Source of the DNA: Candidatus Heimdallarchaeota archaeon
GTDB taxonomy: Archaea; Asgardarchaeota; Heimdallarchaeia; Hodarchaeales; Hodarchaeaceae
Assembly (NCBI GenBank): GCA_019057635.1
Contig: DXJL01000203.1
Coordinates: forward strand, 1-11,350
Direction of reading: 5' to 3'
DNA length: 11,350 nt
This document shows positions 7,512 to 11,350 of the stretch, in pieces. Numbering within the stretch: position 1 is the stretch's first letter; every line of letters begins with the position of its first letter. A program made the translations under genes and the position numbers. The notes below the pieces were generated by a model, which searched no databases, had not been told where the DNA came from, and saw only the letters and a list, made by a program, of their open reading frames with translations.

Positions 7512-8537
7512 TCAGTAGCGAATTCGGGGATCTAAATATGCATAAATTATATCTGCAATAAAACTTGACACGATTGCGACAGCTGCGACAAGTAAGAATA
7601 ACCCTTGAAGTAATGGGTAGTCTGAATATGTAACTGCGTCAAATGTTAGTAGACCCAATCCATCCCAAGAAAATACAGTTTCAGTTAGGGTTGCACCGGA
7701 AACAAGATAAGTCATTGCCATCGCCAACACAGATATCATAGGTAACATGGCATTTTTTCGGGCGTGGGTAAAGAGAACTCTTCTTTCCTTTAATCCCTTA
7801 GCACGCGCAGTAGTTATGTAATCTTCGAGAAATATCCCAAGCATTTGATCCCGGGCAATTAAGAACCACGCCCCAACAAAGCTTATAGTTAACGTAGTTA
7901 CAGGACCGATTAAATGATAACAATAATCTATCGCCCAAGCGAAAATATCGGCATATTTAGGATCTTCAATTCGGGGAGATCCTGACAATGGTATGAGGTG
8001 GAATTGACCAAAGAAATAAAAAATAATTAGCATACCAAGCCAGAAAACGGGGGTTGAATAACTTGTAAGGGTAACAAAAATTGAAACTAAGTCTGTTTTT
8101 GATTTGAATTTTGATGCAGCGATAGTACCAAAAATTATCGCTAGAATAAATGATAAAAGAATCGATATTCCCATCAGTAGAATGGTATTGAGTAGTCGAT
8201 GACCGAAAATTAGTTCAGATACCTCAGTTGGATAGTAGTAGAATGAGACACCTAAATCTCCTTCTAATAAACGCTGTATATATATAATGAATTGGTCAAA
8301 GATTGGTAAATTCGTACCATAACGTTCTTGTAGCACCTGACGGAATTCCGGTCTGACTTGTCCTGTTCTTCCCAAAACAGCAAGAGCAGGGTTTCCAGGC
8401 ATGACACGAAATAACACAAAATTGAATATTACAGTTAAAATTAGTAAAAATCCACTATCAAATGCTCTACGAGAGATATATCCTTTTAAACTCAATTTGT
8501 CCAACTCTTTCTTGCAAATTTTTAGTTTAGAGCTCAA
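7512..8537 (-). CDS. oppB: Oligopeptide/dipeptide ABC transporter permease (OppB/DppB-like)
   Basis: MPGNP, GDLGVSF, STPVFWLG, EDYITTARAKGL..HARKNAMLP, ETVFSWDGLG, DYPLLQG and YAYLDPRIRY. The start is uncertain: TTG at 8537 or TTG at 8495 (MSLKGYISRR). Confidence 0.93.
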   Translation of the reverse strand: MSSKLKICKKELDKLSLKGYISRRAFDSGFLLILTVIFNFVLFRVMPGNPALAVLGRTGQVRPEFRQVLQERYGTNLPIFDQFIIYIQRLLEGDLGVSFYYYPTEVSELIFGHRLLNTILLMGISILLSFILAIIFGTIAASKFKSKTDLVSIFVTLTSYSTPVFWLGMLIIFYFFGQFHLIPLSGSPRIEDPKYADIFAWAIDYCYHLIGPVTTLTISFVGAWFLIARDQMLGIFLEDYITTARAKGLKERRVLFTHARKNAMLPMISVLAMAMTYLVSGATLTETVFSWDGLGLLTFDAVTYSDYPLLQGLFLLVAAVAIVSSFIADIIYAYLDPRIRY

Positions 8538-8584
8538 ATAATTAATCTTTTATGCGTGAAGATATAGATAATTCTTGAATCGCA

Positions 8585-8602
8585 ATTTTATAAACTGGAG
8601 AA
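8585..8602 (-). promoter_or_regulatory. Candidate TATA box (TTTATAAA) for the ABC operon
   Basis: Palindromic TTTATAAA at 8587-8594, about 50 nt upstream of the first TTG. The AT-rich background lowers certainty. Confidence 0.35.
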
Positions 8603-8697
8603 TGCTTACAAGACAGGATAGCGATTCATTGATTGCTAAATTTTAATATTTAATTGCCTTATTAAGACTATAGATAAATGAAATCTATTAGGCAAAA

Positions 8698-9092
8698 TCA
8701 TCTCAACGTCTTCGATAATGAATCTGGTTCTAAAGTACTCCATTACCACAGAAATTTGCCGAAGTCAGTTTGACTTTCCCTGGAAGAGTAAGATTCATCC
8801 AGTGAAAAAATGTCATAGTCAGTATCACCAGGTTTTTCGATTACAGGAGTGCTATAATTCCTAGTATAAATAGAAATTCTATCATTAATCTCATCTATAC
8901 TTGAAATAAAAAAGATTTAATCCGTATCTAAATTGGTAGCATCCCAAATTTGCGAACCACAGTAATCTGTACATAAAACGGCGTAATCATAACGGGAGCC
9001 TTGAACAAATGCAAGGGTTGACTTACTTTGTGTCACTGGTGTCAAATTCACCAAATTAAGATTAACAGTAAAGCTGAGTACAATTTGCTCAT
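8698..9092 (-). pseudogene. Decayed gene for a secreted or surface protein (one frameshift plus in-frame stops)
   Basis: ATG 9092 gives MSKLYSALLLILI; a one-base shift near 9055 leads into LVNLTPVTQSKSTLAFVQGSRYDY...DTD*(8917)IFFISSIDEINDRISIYTRNYSTPVIEKPGDTDYDIFSLDESYSSRESQTDFGKFLW*(8743)WSTLEPDSLSKTLR*(8698), all in one frame. Confidence 0.55.
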
Positions 9093-9399
9093 AATCTTCT
9101 TTATGATGATAACAATTCCCTGACAATTACATAAATTTGTTTTTTCGAGAATAGATAATTCCACTTTGATTTTCTGGTTAACTTAGATTTTCACATAGGT
9201 GAGAAGCTTAAAAATCACAAATAAATAAGGTTGTTTGGAGTTGTTATAAAGGATGGATCGTTTTCCTTACAAATAAAAATTATTTGATCTATATTCTACT
9301 TATACAACGACAACCCTATGCTTTCCTTAATTTAAATCTTTTTTATAACTTATATTTACCATTAAAATCATTATATCAAGTACTGAATGTTGGTGTCTG

Positions 9400-10938
9400 A
9401 TGATGGCTAAGAAAAAATCAAAGAAAACTACAACAAAACCACAAGTGAAAAAGGCCCCCACAAAAGAGGACGAAAGTTTAGTTACATTCAATATATCAAA
9501 ACAAGACAACTTTTCAGAATGGTTTACCAAGATAGTCCAAATTGCTGAATTAGCTGATATGCGATATGGTGTAAAAGGGTTCCTAGTATACCAACCATGG
9601 TCTACTATAGCAATAAAACGAATGTTTGACCTCTATGAACAAGAATTAGAAGAATTTGGGCATAGTCCAGTTATATTTCCAAGTGTAATCCCTGAATCAA
9701 ATTTTCAAATCGAAGCAGATCATGTTGAGGGATTTGCTCCTGAAGTGTTTTGGATTTCCTCAGCTGGCAGTACTGGTATGTTAGAGGAACGGCTTGCGCT
9801 AAGACCAACCAGTGAAACAGCAATGTATCCTTTATACTCCTTGTGGATAAGAAGCTGGAGAGATTTACCGCTTAAACTATATCAATCAGGGAAAGTGTGG
9901 CGTTATGAAGGAAAATCAACCCGCCCATTTCTCCGGGGAAGAGAATTCATCTGGATAGAATCCCACAATGTATTCACTACTATGGAAGAAGCGGAAGCAC
10001 AAACCCGTGAAGATATGCAAATTTCGATAAATGTAATGCATGACCGTTTTGGAATTCCATTCATACAATTTCAGCGTCCAGAGTGGGATAAGTTTGCAGG
10101 AGCCGTTCATACATACGCTGCGGATACATTGATGCCTGATGGACGATTTCTTCAACTACCCTCAACTCATCTGTTAGGAGATAACTTTTCTAAGGCGTTT
10201 GGAATAAACTATATGGATGATGAAGGTGTATCACATCCTGCATACCAGACTTGTTACGGCCCAGCAATTTCAAGAATTTTTGGTGGAATGATCGCCGTAC
10301 ATGGTGATGACTCGGGATTGATTTTTCCCTTTGAAGTTGCTCCAGTTCAAGTGGTTATTGTCCCAATTTTGGCCAAAAAACAAGTAACTAAAGTCAAGAA
10401 CTACGCTGAAGAACTCCGGATGCTTGTAAAGGCTATGGGCTATCGAGTTCAAATTGATGCTAGTGATAAACGTCCAGGGGATAAGTACTATTACTGGGAG
10501 ATGAAAGGAGTTCCTATACGCCTAGAAGTTGGCCGTCGTGAAGCAAAAGAGGATCAGATTACTATTTTTAGACGAGATAATCGAGAAAAAACTATAATAT
10601 CCAAAACTGAATTAGAAGCAACAATAAAGAAGGTAGGTGCCGATCTGAATAAATGTATTAAAGAACGCGCACAAGAATTTTTCGATTCTCGATTGGCAAG
10701 TGCCGAAACACTGAACGAATTAGTTGAACATATTAAATCACGAAAGATGGTTAAAATTCCATGGTGTAGCATTGATTTAGACGGAGAAAATTGTGCTGAG
10801 GAGATTACAGATCAATTGGCTGGTGCAGAAGTTCGGGGAATTGATGTTCAGGAAACAAAAATTCCGTCCAGGGACGAAAAATGCTTTATTTGCGGAAACC
10901 AAGCAAAGTGCTTTGTTTACGTTGGAAAACAATACTGA
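9400..10938 (+). CDS. proS: Proline--tRNA ligase, archaeal/eukaryote type
   Basis: NFSEW, HVEGFAPEVFW, LALRPTSET, RSWRDLPLKLYQ, TRPFLRGREF, anticodon domain WEMKGVPIRLEVG, four-Cys Zn-type C-terminal domain (PWC..C..CFIC) and terminal Tyr; GGTG upstream; tandem ATGs at 9400 and 9403. Confidence 0.97.
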   Translation: MMAKKKSKKTTTKPQVKKAPTKEDESLVTFNISKQDNFSEWFTKIVQIAELADMRYGVKGFLVYQPWSTIAIKRMFDLYEQELEEFGHSPVIFPSVIPESNFQIEADHVEGFAPEVFWISSAGSTGMLEERLALRPTSETAMYPLYSLWIRSWRDLPLKLYQSGKVWRYEGKSTRPFLRGREFIWIESHNVFTTMEEAEAQTREDMQISINVMHDRFGIPFIQFQRPEWDKFAGAVHTYAADTLMPDGRFLQLPSTHLLGDNFSKAFGINYMDDEGVSHPAYQTCYGPAISRIFGGMIAVHGDDSGLIFPFEVAPVQVVIVPILAKKQVTKVKNYAEELRMLVKAMGYRVQIDASDKRPGDKYYYWEMKGVPIRLEVGRREAKEDQITIFRRDNREKTIISKTELEATIKKVGADLNKCIKERAQEFFDSRLASAETLNELVEHIKSRKMVKIPWCSIDLDGENCAEEITDQLAGAEVRGIDVQETKIPSRDEKCFICGNQAKCFVYVGKQY

Positions 10939-10962
10939 TCCTGATCTTTATTACCATTGGAA

Positions 10963-11349
10963 ATGAAATTAATGCCCAAGGAAGAAAAGATTAGAACCGT
11001 TTCTACCATTCACGGCAAATCGTTTTCAGTCAATCTTGACGAAGCAAAATTACCATCAGGAAGAATCACAGAACGGATTAGAGTAATCCATCCCGATGCA
11101 TCAGCAGTTATACCCATATTGGATGATGGACGAATTATCCTAGTTAAGCAATTCAGGTATTCCATCCAAGACGAAACGTTAGAAATTCCCGCCGGGAAAA
11201 TAGATAAAGGTGAAACTGCTGAAGAATGTGCAAGACGGGAATTAGCGGAAGAAACGGGGTATTCTGTCTCAAATCTTGAATTCCTTCTCACGTATGTCCC
11301 TGCTATTGGATATAGTAATGAAAGATTACATATTTTCAAGGGAACAGAC
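10963..11349 (+). CDS. nudF: Nudix hydrolase, ADP-ribose pyrophosphatase (NudF)-like; truncated at the window end
   Basis: Manual translation: MKLMPKEEKIRTVSTIHGKSFSVNLDEAKLPSGRITERIRVIHPDASAVIPILDDGRIILVKQFRYSIQDETLEIPAGKIDKGETAEECARRELAEETGY..., containing an intact Nudix box and the QFRY...LEIPAG pattern. Start is ATG 10963 or 10972. Absent from the ORF track because no stop falls in the window. Confidence 0.92.
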   Translation, partial: MKLMPKEEKIRTVSTIHGKSFSVNLDEAKLPSGRITERIRVIHPDASAVIPILDDGRIILVKQFRYSIQDETLEIPAGKIDKGETAEECARRELAEETGYSVSNLEFLLTYVPAIGYSNERLHIFKGTD

Positions 11350-11350
11350 C

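Noticed and set aside
8698-8919. Stop-codon recoding (selenocysteine, pyrrolysine or alternative code) to explain in-frame stops
   Set aside because: The internal stops are TAA, which ends neighbouring real genes, and a frameshift is also needed, so decay is the simpler explanation.
9188-9205. Small TCAC/GTGA hairpin containing AGGTGA on the + strand
   Set aside because: No start codon or ORF follows at Shine-Dalgarno spacing, and it is too short to support a call.
9327-10772. Minus-strand ORFs 9327-9530, 9916-10155, 10270-10452 and 10554-10772
   Set aside because: Antisense shadows of proS; the hydrophobic stretch in 9327-9530 mirrors the Lys/Thr codons of the proS N-terminus.
11010-11339. 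109-aa minus-strand ORF
   Set aside because: Antisense shadow of the Nudix gene, which has an intact Nudix box on the + strand.
1-11350. CRISPR arrays, tRNA/rRNA genes and IS elements
   Set aside because: No spaced direct repeats, GC-rich cloverleaf or rRNA-like segments, or transposase motifs were seen.

Overview
AT-rich archaeal genomic window. The archaeal origin rests on an archaeal/eukaryote-type ProRS, GGTG(A)-type Shine-Dalgarno sites, TATA-like promoters, oligo-U terminators and a PGF-CTERM-like sorting tail; an Asgard/Heimdallarchaeia-like source is only my impression. Left to right: the 3' end of an unknown + strand gene (1-87); a minus-strand CaiB/BaiF family III CoA-transferase with racemase-like catalytic residues; a minus-strand Opp/Dpp-type ABC importer in the order permease B, permease C, ATPase D, ATPase F, uncharacterised Ig-like type I membrane protein, substrate-binding protein; a decayed secreted-protein pseudogene; then divergent + strand proS and a 3'-truncated NudF-like Nudix hydrolase that the ORF track misses. 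The most notable element is the transporter: its family-5 binding protein appears circularly permuted and C-terminally anchored through a Thr linker and PGF-CTERM-like tail, and an extra surface protein is translationally coupled to the ATPase genes. No tRNA, rRNA, CRISPR array or transposase was seen.
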